Part shown: one piece after another, positions 1 to 12,358 of the stretch
Position numbering within the stretch: position 1 is the stretch's first letter
Layout: every line of letters begins with the position of its first letter
Assembly (NCBI RefSeq): GCF_000150275.1
Contig: NW_002060943.1
Span: forward strand, 10,850,878-10,914,877
Length of the DNA stretch: 64,000 nucleotides
Reading direction: 5' to 3'
DNA from: Trichoplax adhaerens
Taxonomy: Eukaryota; Animalia; Placozoa
Made by a program: the position numbers and the translations under genes
Notes under the pieces: model-generated
Seen by the model: the letters and a program-made list of their open reading frames with translations, nothing else
Database searches by the model: none
What the model was told of the DNA's origin: nothing

Positions 1-261
1 CTGGTAAAAATTTCTATTTCTTGCAATGATATCGAAAAGTGTATTGAAATCCGTCTGAATTTGCATAGCTTGATCTAGTAATTTTTGGGGAATTACAGTA
101 GGTAACAACGTCACCGGCAAGTGATGATATGAATGATCCCGATCATCATTTCGAATGGCTTTCATCAACAAGCCGTGGCAAGAGCACCAATCTCGAATTT
201 TTTGTACGATAGTTGATAGCTGGTCAGGTGTTAACTCATCCACTTTAGGTAGCGTTGCCAT
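1..261 (-). CDS. GSS: Glutathione synthetase paralog A, exon 1 (gene continues off the left edge)
   Basis: Manual translation from the ATG at 261: [85 protein letters not shown]. This is co-linear and highly similar to exon 1 of the complete GSS at 4680-4954 ([20 protein letters not shown]). Confidence 0.88.
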   Translation of the reverse strand, partial: MATLPKVDELTPDQLSTIVQKIRDWCSCHGLLMKAIRNDDRDHSYHHLPVTLLPTVIPQKLLDQAMQIQTDFNTLFDIIARNRNFYQ

Positions 262-1472
262 TTTGTCTTATTAAAATCCAGAATACGGCATTTGAAAAGT
301 GAGATTTTGATTGACTCCCACAACAATATATACTATTTTTCCCTTAGTATACTACTATATCAGTTACTACTTATACGATTTTTTTTTATACTGTACAGTA
401 CTATCCTGTACACTGTATTGTCATATATATCTTTATCCATTCTTCCTTTCTTACTATTTACGGTGCAGTATATTGCATTTCATTCATTACTGCAACAGGT
501 GCACTCGTCATACTGACTCAGCATTCTACTGTAGCTGTCATACTTACAGACTATACCGGACGGGACTCTGCTGTACGGACAACGGAATCAGCAGGTGCTT
601 GAAATATTCCCAGAAATTTCCAGATACATGTAATGTAAATAGTTTGACAGAATGCTGCATCATCGTTTAACTTAATGGTTAATTAAGACATTTTATTGAC
701 GCTAAAAATCTGAATTGTCAGTGTCTACACTAGCTGGACGTAATATACAATACTGTGCAGCTTACTTACTATAAATACCAACAGTTGTATATCTTCGGAA
801 GTATTTATAGTGTCTACGAATGCAAATACTGTAGACTCAGTGGGCATCGAGCCACTCAAATAGGCTTCCAAACCCTTAACCTCTCTAGACTAGATTCGTT
901 CGATAAGTGGCTACGACTTTTTAAGATATTAACCAGTATACGGCCACGCAAAGTGCAGAGCTATAGTATACTCAGCTGTTCAGCATTGGATCGAATAAGC
1001 GAAAAATATCACGGAAAGTTGCAAAAAGTCAGTACTACCTAGTCGAAGTATAGTTGTAGACTTGTAGTACACCTCAACTATCGTTATTCCTACCGTGGTC
1101 TAAAAGTAGTCCTGCTCTTACCCACCAATTGTTAGGTGTGGTTATACTTCAGCCGATATAAACTAAATGTATAATTTCCATATTAATTCTATATTTACTT
1201 TCAAACTAGTAAATGAAATAAAAAATCATTGCATGCAATATTTTATCATTTTACTAACCTACTAAACTATTATATACTGTATATACGCAAGTATTCAACA
1301 TTATAATTGTTAGTCTCTCCCGATAGACATACATGCAGCGTTTCGTTAATGTATCACAACAATTAATATAACTGTATTATTATAATCATTATTTAATTTT
1401 ATTTCTATCGCAAAATTATGATAACATATACTTCATAGCTATGACAAATTTTTTAAAATGTTTCTCCATATT

Positions 1473-4400
1473 TCAAACTAAATACACTGAATCTAACCCT
1501 GCCGCTCCAATTCCCACTCCACCTTCATTTTGGCTAATACTTTTAGTTCGTAATAGATATCCACAAGCACAATTACTAATTACTTCATTCGGTCCACGGC
1601 TAAAACGGTTAAACAATAATTATGATTTAGATAAAAAGTTATAAATCGATAAGTGTAAGAAACAATCTTGCTTTCAAGATATTTTAAGTAGTAGTGTCTT
1701 GCACTCGCTATCGGATTAAAAATAACGCTATCCTATTTTTCCTATGACAATTTAAATAGCTATTTATTATGGACATATTTATGGCACACTATTAATGTAC
1801 ACTTCGGTAACATATTACCTGATGAGAACTCCATATATTCCTAATTCACTGATAACTTTTTCAGTACCCTGAATTGAATTATTTGTAGTGATGATACAAT
1901 TATCAACTGCTGGAGGAAATATTCTATCCATGAGAATGTAAGCTGACTTTTCATCGTCATTTGATGATGAACTTAGAAAAGTCCGTATTTCTTCCCCGAA
2001 CAGGTTATTCCCTATCAGAAGAGATCAGGTCTATATTATGTCGTTATTTTCTTAATATATCAACAACGTAACATAGTACAGTTACTAGCAAACTTTCTTA
2101 ACTCACTATCAATTTTCGTGGAGCATACGTACAGGAATAATACTTACCTCCACCCTCACGTGGGGGTTTTAAAACAAAATTTTCCGGATTTTTAATGGCC
2201 ATGGCTATTGACTCTTTACCTTGGTCACCCTGAAGATATTTTACATGAAATTAAAATTTTTAAGACAGAAACTAAAAATACCTTCAAGTTACCTCATGTT
2301 AAATTAATAAAGGCTATCATAATACAAGCTACGTAGATATTTTCCGTTTAGTCTATTTCTATTAGCAAGACAGTTCCGTACAACTGTATTAGAATAGTGT
2401 AATTCTATTATATCGTTATCATATCTTAAAAAGCTAAGGCATGAAATGCTACATGATATGCATATAATCTTCTTCTACTTAACTACATTATCATAACCAT
2501 TAGTTAATCGAGACTGTAGTATTACCTCTAGTGAGTATAAGCCGGTAAACGTCGCTCTTATCCTTTCTACGGAACTCTTATCTGGTAACAATCTGAAGTA
2601 TATAATTGTATAATTTGTTTTTAACATTTCCGACATAACGTCTATTTATTGGTACAGTATGCGTACTAATTAAATTTACTATATATCAGATATTTTAACT
2701 CACGATTCTAAAACACCTGGTGTAGATAGTACTTGCTGTATCTTTTTAACTCCGGCTAAATGACTTGCAATATTTGGAACTTTGATACTACGTGATCTCT
2801 CGGCTAACAATAGAGCGTCCCATTCCTGCAAATTAATAGAACATCTATAACATTAATTGATCAAATTGACATTTTTCTATAAATTGGCAAGGTATACCTT
2901 TTGGCTAGGGTAGCAATATGGTGCGTAAGCGGAACGGTAGTAGACCAATGCAACTTCTTGTTTCTTGCTATATTTTAACATAACATAGTTATAATTGTAA
3001 ATAAACTTCCTGAAACGTAATACTGAAATGACATTGTTCTAGAATCCTATAAATGTGAAATACATACGAATCAACTTACTAGTATAAGGTCTTATCATCT
3101 CCTAATGTAGCGTTTTCTTCAATATCAGCCATTGTACAACGAACAACATTAATTGAAGGATCTCTGAAGAAAATGTAATCGGATGCTAACTCAATTGATG
3201 TCATTTAATATTACTCTTTTACAATGTACGAGCATGTTAGAAATGAAGTGAGATGCAGCATGGCAACAGACTTACAATTTCATGATTGCATATTCAAACA
3301 GCCGTTGATCACAAATATTATTTTCATCAGGTAGAACCACAAACAAAATAATAGCCCTAGGATATTAGTATGATAAGTAAGTAATTCATAATGTTGTTAA
3401 TATTTTTAACATTACAAAGAGTACACAATATCTACAACGAGAATATCTTGTAATCCTTGATCTCTCTTTACTAACTTACTTATCATTTTCATACATTTTC
3501 CAAGCTAGATGCACTCCCTTAGCAAATGGCTCTAAACAGTTATTAGTAGCAATCTAGAAAATTTCATTTAACTACTTAGATATTAAAGTCTACTTAAAAG
3601 GCAGAATGCTATAGGTATTTTCCTAAATTTATCAATTTCATAATTATGTGTAGTACCCGTTCTAAATTGTAATCGTCAGTCAAACCCAATTCCCGTATAA
3701 CGTATCTGAAAGGTTAATATTTAGTGCAGTTTAATAGAATGTTGAGCATATATCGTATCACTAGGTGATCAGGTAATAACCTCAATATAAACGTCAATTT
3801 GTACTTAGTTATTATCATGAAAGTCAGTTGCTCGATGTACTGTACTACTACTAACCGATGGAGTGACGGTACGACAGAAGAACTTCCAATGAAACCAACG
3901 GAAACAGTATTAAATTCAACTTGTTTTAAGCTTAACTGGTTATTACTGTTGCTTTGATCCAGCATGTAGTCTGATCGGGTGAGCATAAAATTGATTGGCT
4001 AAGAGTATAAATAACTAATTAATTATACGACTAGGTTGTTTTCGCTCATCATATCATAGAACCATATCTAGCTCGAAGACACATCGTTTGATTAAGTAAT
4101 AAAAGTACAGTTCATATTGATTCACTTTTATCGCAACAACTTATTGAAGCTCTTCTTAACTATATCCTAACTGACTTGAGCAATTCCTTCTTTCAGGACT
4201 TGATTGTAGACATACATTAATTTTGAAGCGTATTCATCGTCCTGTAACGATCTAAAGGCACATAAATTATCGTTCAATTATATCATTAATTATTAATTAT
4301 TTCAAGGTACGTAGTTTGATCATCATTGATGTTTTGATAATAGGATAAAAATAAGCGTCTTGCATTTTATACCGAATCGATATTGCATGGAAAAGTAATT

Positions 4401-4954
4401 TATTTTAATAATTGCAGTATGATCATAATACAGTATTCAATTTAAGTAATATTTATAAGCTGCGATTGCTAGTATGTACAGATCTCCTACAAGAGAATAC
4501 AGTAGAGTACGCGTAGGCGAGTAGGTACTCTATGCTCTCTTCGTCTAAGTAGCAATGAACTAGTAGCATCTCGATAGTGTATGATAAAATGAATTCTACC
4601 ATTGAGCGTGACTAGTAACTACTATCATACATATGGCATCGATCTGCCATCCAGTCGATGATGGCTAGTGCTACTTTACCGCTTCAAATTTTCAGATAAG
4701 AAACTTGTCTTTCTTGTGATGATATCGAAAACTGTATTGAAATCCATCTGAACTTGCATAGCTTGATCAAATAATATCTTTGGAATTGGAGTAGGTAACA
4801 ATGTCACTGGCAAATGATGAAATGAATAATCATGAGGATCATTTCGCTTGGATTTCATTAACAAGCCGTGGCACGAGCACCAATCTCGAATTTTCGGTGA
4901 GATGGTTGATAGCTGGCTAGGCGTTAATTTATTCGTTTGAGGTAGCGTAGCCAT
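1473..4954 (-). CDS. GSS: Eukaryotic glutathione synthetase (ATP-grasp) paralog B, multi-exon, complete
   Basis: Exon 1 is 4954-4680. Later exons read [67 protein letters not shown] and [10 protein letters not shown]. The last exon (about 1599-1473) reads [29 protein letters not shown]. The junctions I checked are GT-AG and phase-compatible. Confidence 0.95.
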
Positions 4955-5071
4955 TTGGTCCTGTATTGCAAAATTTTTGTTATGAAGTTATGATCACTAA
5001 TTCTAACAGTAGTAAATGGAGCGGAAGAGGTCCTTGTCCAACCACTCGATCGTTGCGGGCTGCCGGTTGCA

Positions 5072-5527
5072 ACAGTACAGTACTGTACTGTACAGTACAG
5101 TATTGCGAGAATTGTTCTACATGTACTGTGGGCCACTACTGTGGTATTAGAAAAAGAGAGGGAGTGGCTATTGGGGGAAAGCTTCTGTCTGTCTTGTCTG
5201 TTTCCAGAGTTGAACATGGTATGTACTGTAGTACTGTACAGTACTGTACTGTACAGTACAGTACAGTATTGCGAGAATTGTTCTACTGTACTGTACTGTA
5301 CATGTACTGTACTCTTTTTCTAATACCCCAGACCACAGTACTGTACAGTACTGTACAGTACTGTGAGGTACTGTGGTCTGTGGTATTAGAAAAAGAGAGG
5401 GAGTAGCTATTGGGGGAAAGCTTCTGTCTGTCTTGTCTGTTTCCAGAGTTGAACATTGTATGTACTGTACAGTACACATTACAATAGCATAGTAATAACA
5501 GTACTGTACAGTGTACAGTACAGTATA
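5072..5527. repeat. (CAGTA/TACTG)n palindromic array with a ~240-bp tandem duplication and an internal inverted repeat, upstream of GSS paralog B
   Basis: Dense tacagta/tactgta runs. The block gtggtattagaaaaagagagggag...ccagagttgaacat occurs at about 5141-5217 and 5380-5456. 5312-5340 is the near-perfect reverse complement of 5369-5397. Confidence 0.9.
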
Positions 5528-5956
5528 TCAAAATTGACGTTACTCATGCTACAAAATATTAGTTACATAATGCCTAAAGGCTAATAAAGGGAGCTGACAA
5601 TCGTGCTGGGGCAAAAATAGGATATTCCTGCCTGCAAGGACTACAGTACAGCACGTACGTACCCCTTAAACGTTTTCCTGCGCAGAAGCACAGATTCTTT
5701 TTTCTAAAAAATCGCCATTTCTCCTTCTTTCTCCAAGAAGAAATGGCGTTCCTGCACGAAATCGGTGTTCACTCGTACCTTCACCGAGCTGCACACGTCA
5801 CATACGGATACTAAAGCTTATACTGTACTCAGTGTAATGCTGTCATCTAGAGTTAAGCGTGCACTCAGTTGCACGGTACAGTTTCTGTAGTTGTCCCTGC
5901 TGTACAAAGTACAGTATGTGCTGTCTGTATGAGTGAGTCACGTGACTGTGCTACAA

Positions 5957-6025
5957 TACAGTGGAGGTCTCTACTGTACTGTACTGTACAGTACACTGTA
6001 CAGTACAGTAGAGACCTCCACTGTA
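5957..6025. repeat. Perfect 28-bp inverted repeat within a CAGTA array
   Basis: tacagtggaggtctctactgtactgtac (5957-5984) pairs with gtacagtacagtagagacctccactgta (5998-6025). Confidence 0.9.
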
Positions 6026-6370
6026 CTGTATTGTACAGTACAGTGTACAGTATAGTATGATGACTGGCATAAAATTTGATCGAACAGTGGCGTATTGAAC
6101 GCTAATCACCCTACTTTAAAAAGGTCACTAGCCATAGTTTATACTTAATAGTAATTATTATTGTTTTCCTATGAAACTCTTACTATTAGTAATTTACGGC
6201 TGTTATCACGCAATATTTCAACTTGAATGACCTTTCCCCTATTGCGAACTTGCGATAACCCTTTGCTAGATTGACAGTACTGTACTGTACTGTACACTGT
6301 ACAGTACTATGTCCAGATCCAATTTTTTGCTGACAGCATCCGGAGGCTTCATGAAAAGAACTTGTAATAA

Positions 6371-6691
6371 ATGACTCAAAAGACGAATCTCGTGACTGCT
6401 AGTGTTTGAGGAGTATGCGCATGCCTTGTTGGTAGTAAAGTAAAGTAAAAGGCGTCTTTGGTTGACCTGGACCGTCACTACGTGCTACGTACCGTGCCGT
6501 TTCATCATCTTGCTAGTACGATTGAGTAATCAATGACTCAAATGACGAATCTCGTGACTGTTTTTAGTGGGTGAGGAGTATGCGCATGCCTTGTTGGTAG
6601 TAAAGTAAAAGGCGTCTTTGGTTGACCTGGACGTAGTACGTAACTACGTACCGTGCCGTTTCATCATCATCTTGCTAGTACGATTGAGTAA
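6371..6691. repeat. 162-bp tandem duplication in the proximal promoter of the SLC52 gene
   Basis: Copies at 6371-6529 and 6533-6691 are near identical. Each contains TGACTCA, TCTCGTGA and TGCGCATGCC. Confidence 0.92.
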
Positions 6692-6805
6692 CTCCGCCGA
6701 TTCCATCGATTCGGTGGAATAGATTGAAAATCCATTCACCAAGTTAACACCAATTAATGCAAAAGTTATCGTAAAGTAATCGATACAAGTGGATCTATCC
6801 CCAAA

Positions 6806-9800
6806 ATGGTTTCTGTCACACTTTTGGAGAAAAATACATCATGGACAGTTTGTTTTTTAGCAGTATGCTTTGGCATCGGTTCGTGGGTTGCAACCAACAG
6901 TATTTGGGTAGAATTGCCAATCATGGTCAATTGTTTACCGGAAAGTTGGAACTTGGCCTCCTACATAACAGTCATCATCCAAATCGCTAATCTAGCTCCT
7001 TTAACGTATTCTCTGTTAAAGCATTGGAAACCTAACGTAGTGAAAGAAGTGCCAGCAATCTATGTAGTATTAGTGACTGGAACTGCTTCTTGTCTATTAC
7101 TAGCTTTTTTTTGGCGTTCAATTGCAATAGTTGGTGGTGAACCACATAGTATTGGACTGTTAATCCTTGGTTTTACCCTGGCCATGACTGATTGCACTTC
7201 ATCGGTGACATATTTACCATTTATGGCCACTTTTCGCGAAGTATACATGCCTGCTTACTTAGTTGGTGAAGGACTTAGTGGTTTATTGCCTGGGTTAGTT
7301 GCACTTGGTCAGGGAGCTAGAAATGGGGCTGGTTGTTTTAATCAAAATATTTCTGTCGCTACCGTTGCAACAACTATGCATCCCACTACTGGCCCCTCAA
7401 TAACTACAGCAGGTTAGTCATGATGTACTGGATATTTTATCCTTCAGTCTTGTGTTTGAAAATTAAAAATTCCATATCCTGTGCGGTATTGTCTTAGGTC
7501 AAGTACGACGTAAATCAAACTATGTTTCACCTCTGTTGATCGATGGAAGATAGATCTTCATATTGAACATCCTAGCTTACAATGACAGGAGTACTGTAGT
7601 GAGGCAGTTTTGCCGATTAATGAATAGTCTTTTTATATGCGTCACTAACGATTAATTGTTCACTATTTTCAAGCCCCACGGGCCCCTCGTACTCCATTCT
7701 ATCCTGATAAATGCCGTACAACCACATTAATGCAAAGCTTGGATCGATGCGATTGCAACGCAAATAGTAACATTTTCCATATAAAAATGGACCGTAACTG
7801 AATGCGGTTACTTGTAGTGTCTATATTTACTCCCATCATAAAGTATTGATGAAATTTACAAGTTTTTTGATGAACATCCTTGTTGTAAATTGTCCATCCC
7901 CGACTATAGAACGTACTCACACTGTGGTAGTAATCCATGCTCGCTACGGTACTACTTAACTTAATGCTTACCTATCGACACGTTCGGCAATGCTATAAAG
8001 CACGCGACAAAAACTTCAACAACGCGACGTAGGAATAGCGTCTGTTTAAATTCCTCCTGCTGGGCAGATGCACAATTCATTTTCTCTGCACATTATACGC
8101 TGTATGGACGTATACATACGGTAGAATTGCGATATCATGCCATAAGAAACAGACTCTACGCGGATTCATGAAATAACATCAAAGGGTAGTAGACACAATT
8201 TTTCACAGAGATCAAATTGGGTAGATTCAATTAGTCATTGAACACCAGATGACTAAGAACATTGACGCCACGCGGATTCATTAAAAGAAACATCAAAGGT
8301 TGTACTTAAATGGAAGATTTATGTCCATTAAACACCTGATGACTAGCTACAGTACCACAGTTGCAAGCGCAATAGCGTATTGATTGACATACCGAGCATA
8401 CTTTGTTTTGTTCGGTTTGTTAATTAGAATATATATTTAATTATTGTCAAGTAAAAGGTACAACTTAGCAGTACGTGAAGGATCACGAGGAAGGGCTTGA
8501 CTAGTACTTTATTAATGTGCACTGTGTGTACAGTAGAGTGAAAGATAAAATTACAATATGATCAAAGACTCCTTCAGTGAGTTTCAATCAAATCGAATAT
8601 ACGGTTAAAAAATTACGCTCAAGTTGTTAAGACCATCCGCTTCTATTGCGCATTATGTTATTATAAGCTATTTATTTACTTTTTTATTCCATACTACTGT
8701 TTATTATTCCTTGCAATAATTTCTACATATGCATAACGAATCATGTCTAATAGTAATTTATATATGGGAATGATTTTGTAAAATACTAGCGACATTAAGT
8801 TTACGCACGCTTCAACCTTATTGAATTAGCAATCTATAATATAATTGACTATCATCCTGCATGATTGCTTCTAAATTTACGGCAATATGTTTATACAATC
8901 AGCATGATTGGAAAGATTGTTAACGATAATATAGCAAAGTACGAGTATTTACATACACTGCTTGATCAAAGTCCTCGTCTCTACCCATTGCCCAAAAAAG
9001 TGCCCATGTTTATGATATCGCCGACAAGCTTTTGTTAATTAATGTATTATAATTATATATTGAATATACGACGTTGTTGCCCAAGTTATAAGTCTTATTT
9101 GAATCTATTAATTTAATAAATGGATAAACAGCATTAATATTAGATATTGCCATGATAACCGCCGCGTCGGCAACACTGAACTTTTAAAGGCTACGCACAT
9201 GCAGGATATATTACTATGTTGATGAGATTGAAATCCGTAAACTAATGAATGAATGGGCGATATTGATATTCGATATTGCCAACATGACCGCCTAGTCAAC
9301 AATACTAAGCATTCTTTGTGAACTTATTAAGTCTATCTACATACAAAACACGATCACGAGACATGGACTACTAGAAACCCACATATACTAGATACGTATA
9401 TTAATTGTAATTATAGTGTTATATGTACCTTGCAGCTGTAATTAAAACCGTATTTTAGGAGAAGGTTTAATACTGAAATAATGACACTGATAGAACTTCT
9501 CTATTTACTATACTCAGTGTACTGTAATCTACTGATGGTATACTCTATGCGTCAAGAATGAATATTGATTATCTCCTAATAACGCGAGTATTATGAGTGA
9601 AGAGTGTGCTAGTAATTATTATTATATCCACTCTTTAGCAACAGTACACCATAGAAATCATGCTATATATAATCCTGAACTTTTCCTCTATTAACTGTAA
9701 ATTTAATATTTTATTCTATTTACTTCCTTCACTCTGATAGCCACTCAAGCAACCCCGCCTCAGAATTTAACCTTATGCGAACAAACACTTCGTTCCGTTA

Positions 9801-10946
9801 GTTTCACACCAGAAACATTTTGGTTTATTTTATTTGGATTAACTATTGCATCTGCTTTGGCTTTTATCGCTATGAATTATCTTCCTTTAGCGAAGAAGCA
9901 CTACGTCATTCCTAATACGTATGAAAAAACTGAAGATAATAAAATAGACGGTAGTGAATTAGCTTGCAATAATAAATCGGGTTGTCGTGATGAAGCTGCT
10001 TCGGATATGGTGAGTATTCGAAATCCAATTTATGTACGACATTGTAGCTGTGTCACATCGTACGTAACAAGTACAACATTATAGAGAGTGGATATCCAGG
10101 TATAGTTCCATGACACTAAAATGACAATATTTTATCTTTTAGGAGAAAAAAAAAGACCCTCTTCCGTTCAAAGTATTTATGGCTTTATTATTTATGCAAG
10201 CGTGGGTCAACGGATTAAGTAATGGAGTCATCCCGTCCATTCAGTCGTACGCTACTTTACCTTATGGTGGTACTGCATTTCATCTAACTGTCACTTTATA
10301 CTCTATTGCTAATCCTTTAACTTCATTTGCCTACTTCTGGCTGCCCTGTTATAATCGTGTCGTAATTGCAATATTAACCCTACTTTCTACGGTTTGCGGC
10401 ATCGTGATTATCGTTTTTGCAGCTATGAGCCCATCGCCTCCCTTACTTGGCACAAGCGGTGGATCTGCCTTGACGGTAAGCATACAGAATATCTGTAGAT
10501 ATGCTTGTTCTGTGAAATGGGGAGTTTTACCCATAGTTACTGCTAGAATGCCCTTTCTTGACGAAAATTGCCACATTTAAATGAAGTAAAATTTGAATTA
10601 TCAATTCGTTATATTAAGCTTCATTCATCAAAACCTGGTGTCGTAATTAGTCCAGTTTATTTGTATTACGCTATTACAATAATAATTAGACACACACAAT
10701 GTCCAAGTAAATTAAACTCTCTCATGATGCTAACAACGCGTATTTTATCTAATAATGTAGGTTATAATAAATGTTGGTTTTGGCGTTTTGGTGACTTATG
10801 TTAAAGTTGCCATTATATATCTATTACGATTACAAGGCCGACGGGCTTTATTTTGGTGTGGCGTATCACAGCAAGTTGGATCTTGTATTGGAGCTTTGAT
10901 AATGTTTCCAATTGTTAGTATTTTTAGACTATTTCAGTCGTGTTAA
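6806..10946 (+). CDS. SLC52A: Riboflavin transporter, SLC52/RFVT family
   Basis: Family motifs FGIGSWVATNSIWVELP, LPESWNLASY, DCTSSVTYLPFM, GEGLSGLLP, NGVIPSIQSYATLPYG, ANPL and QQVGSCIGALIMFP. Exons are 6806-7412, 9741-10009, 10143-10475 and 10761-10946, in compatible phases. Confidence 0.95.
8158..8350. repeat. Diverged ~112-bp tandem duplication in SLC52 intron 1
   Basis: cgcggattcat..aacatcaaagg and catt.aacacc.gatgacta each occur twice. Confidence 0.6.
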
Positions 10947-12049
10947 ATTTATGCACGTATTTAATGTTGAATAAGATCCTGTAACTATACTTGTGTATTT
11001 ATTAGAAATCTTACATTTACTGCTAATTTATATAATAACCAATGCATAATTGAACAATAGCTTTCATGTTATTGTTACGCGTACATCTTGGAACTTTTTA
11101 TTATTATATGAATTTGAGCAATCTTCAAGGAATGTGCAAGTGAATTCCGCGTCTGCCATCTTTGACAGCTCATCACGATTGAGGATGATCAAATGAGAAT
11201 TATATTCACCAGCCAGTTAATATGTGCGCGAATAAAATGTAATCTTATTATTATCCATTGTGCATGTTACTGCATACTACGTCGCTGTCGTATTTTGATG
11301 GTTGTACGGGATTTAGGGGAAACATCGCTAAGATAAGCGTATGTAATAATTTGGTATTCATTAATAGATATTCTTTATGGAGAGAATACTAATATAATCA
11401 GTGTGCTACTACTTTATATGTTATACAATTTACTAGTTATTAGTTATGAATACCTAAATACCATAGAAATAGAGTTTTTGTTTTTTTTCAGTATACCGTA
11501 GCAGTTTAATATGCTTGATTGAAATACCTAGTTTCACTTCAATGGCATTCTGCATAGTACAGTAGCTCAGTAATTTGCATTGATTATGCACTGCATCGGT
11601 AGACTGTTACTGTAAATGCACTAAATATTGACATTTTGATAGAGAGTATTGCACAAATGTGACAGGAAATGCATATTGACATTTAAGATTCACTGAGACA
11701 GTTTTTAAGCTCACCAAAGCCATTTCCTGCGTTACATGAACTCGATCAAAAATGCAATCGGAAATGCATATTGATGTACAAGATTTATGGGAACGATTTC
11801 CAAGTACAGTATACGAGCATCGTGATATCAATCCGTTACGGCTGTGTCCACCCTCTTGCCATTCTGTATGTATCGATTCTTTTTCCTCCTTATTCCTTTC
11901 ACCTCTCAGAGCAAGGGCAAATTCGGACCGTATTGCACAAAATAGCTGGATCAGTTATAGCAATGGTGACTTTCGATGATTCATTGGCTGCTCATACGTC
12001 ACAAACGCTAATAAATTCTAGATATCATCTCTAAAATAACTCTTACTAC

Positions 12050-12358
12050 TTGCAATTTGGCGTCTATTTGGTAAGACACTCACGATAGGAACTATTATAA
12101 CTTCAGTAATCCCAGATGCAAAATCTCTGGCTTACCTTTCAAGACAGGTGTGAGAAAGAAAATAGGGGTATGCTGAATTTATTTTACGTAACCTCTAAAG
12201 TAACTTTTACTCTTTGCAACTTGGTATCTATCTGGTAAGACACCCAGGACAGCAACTATTAACATAGAAGGTACCTCTTTTAGTAGTCCCTGATCTAAAA
12301 TCTCTAGTTTACACCTCAAGACAGGTAAGAGAAGGACAAGAGAGAGTATGCTGAATTT
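12050..12358. repeat. Diverged ~165-bp tandem duplication upstream of SAMHD1
   Basis: ttgcaa.ttgg..tctat.tggtaagacac...aaaatctct.g...caagacaggt..gagaa....gtatgctgaattt occurs at about 12050-12180 and 12214-12358. Confidence 0.75.

Noticed and set aside
4924-6060. Overlapping ORFs rich in YCTVQYSTV (also at 28483-28695, 55540-55863 and 60197-60442)
   Set aside because: They are translations of the CAGTA/TACTG arrays, which lack stop codons in most frames; there is no evidence they are proteins.
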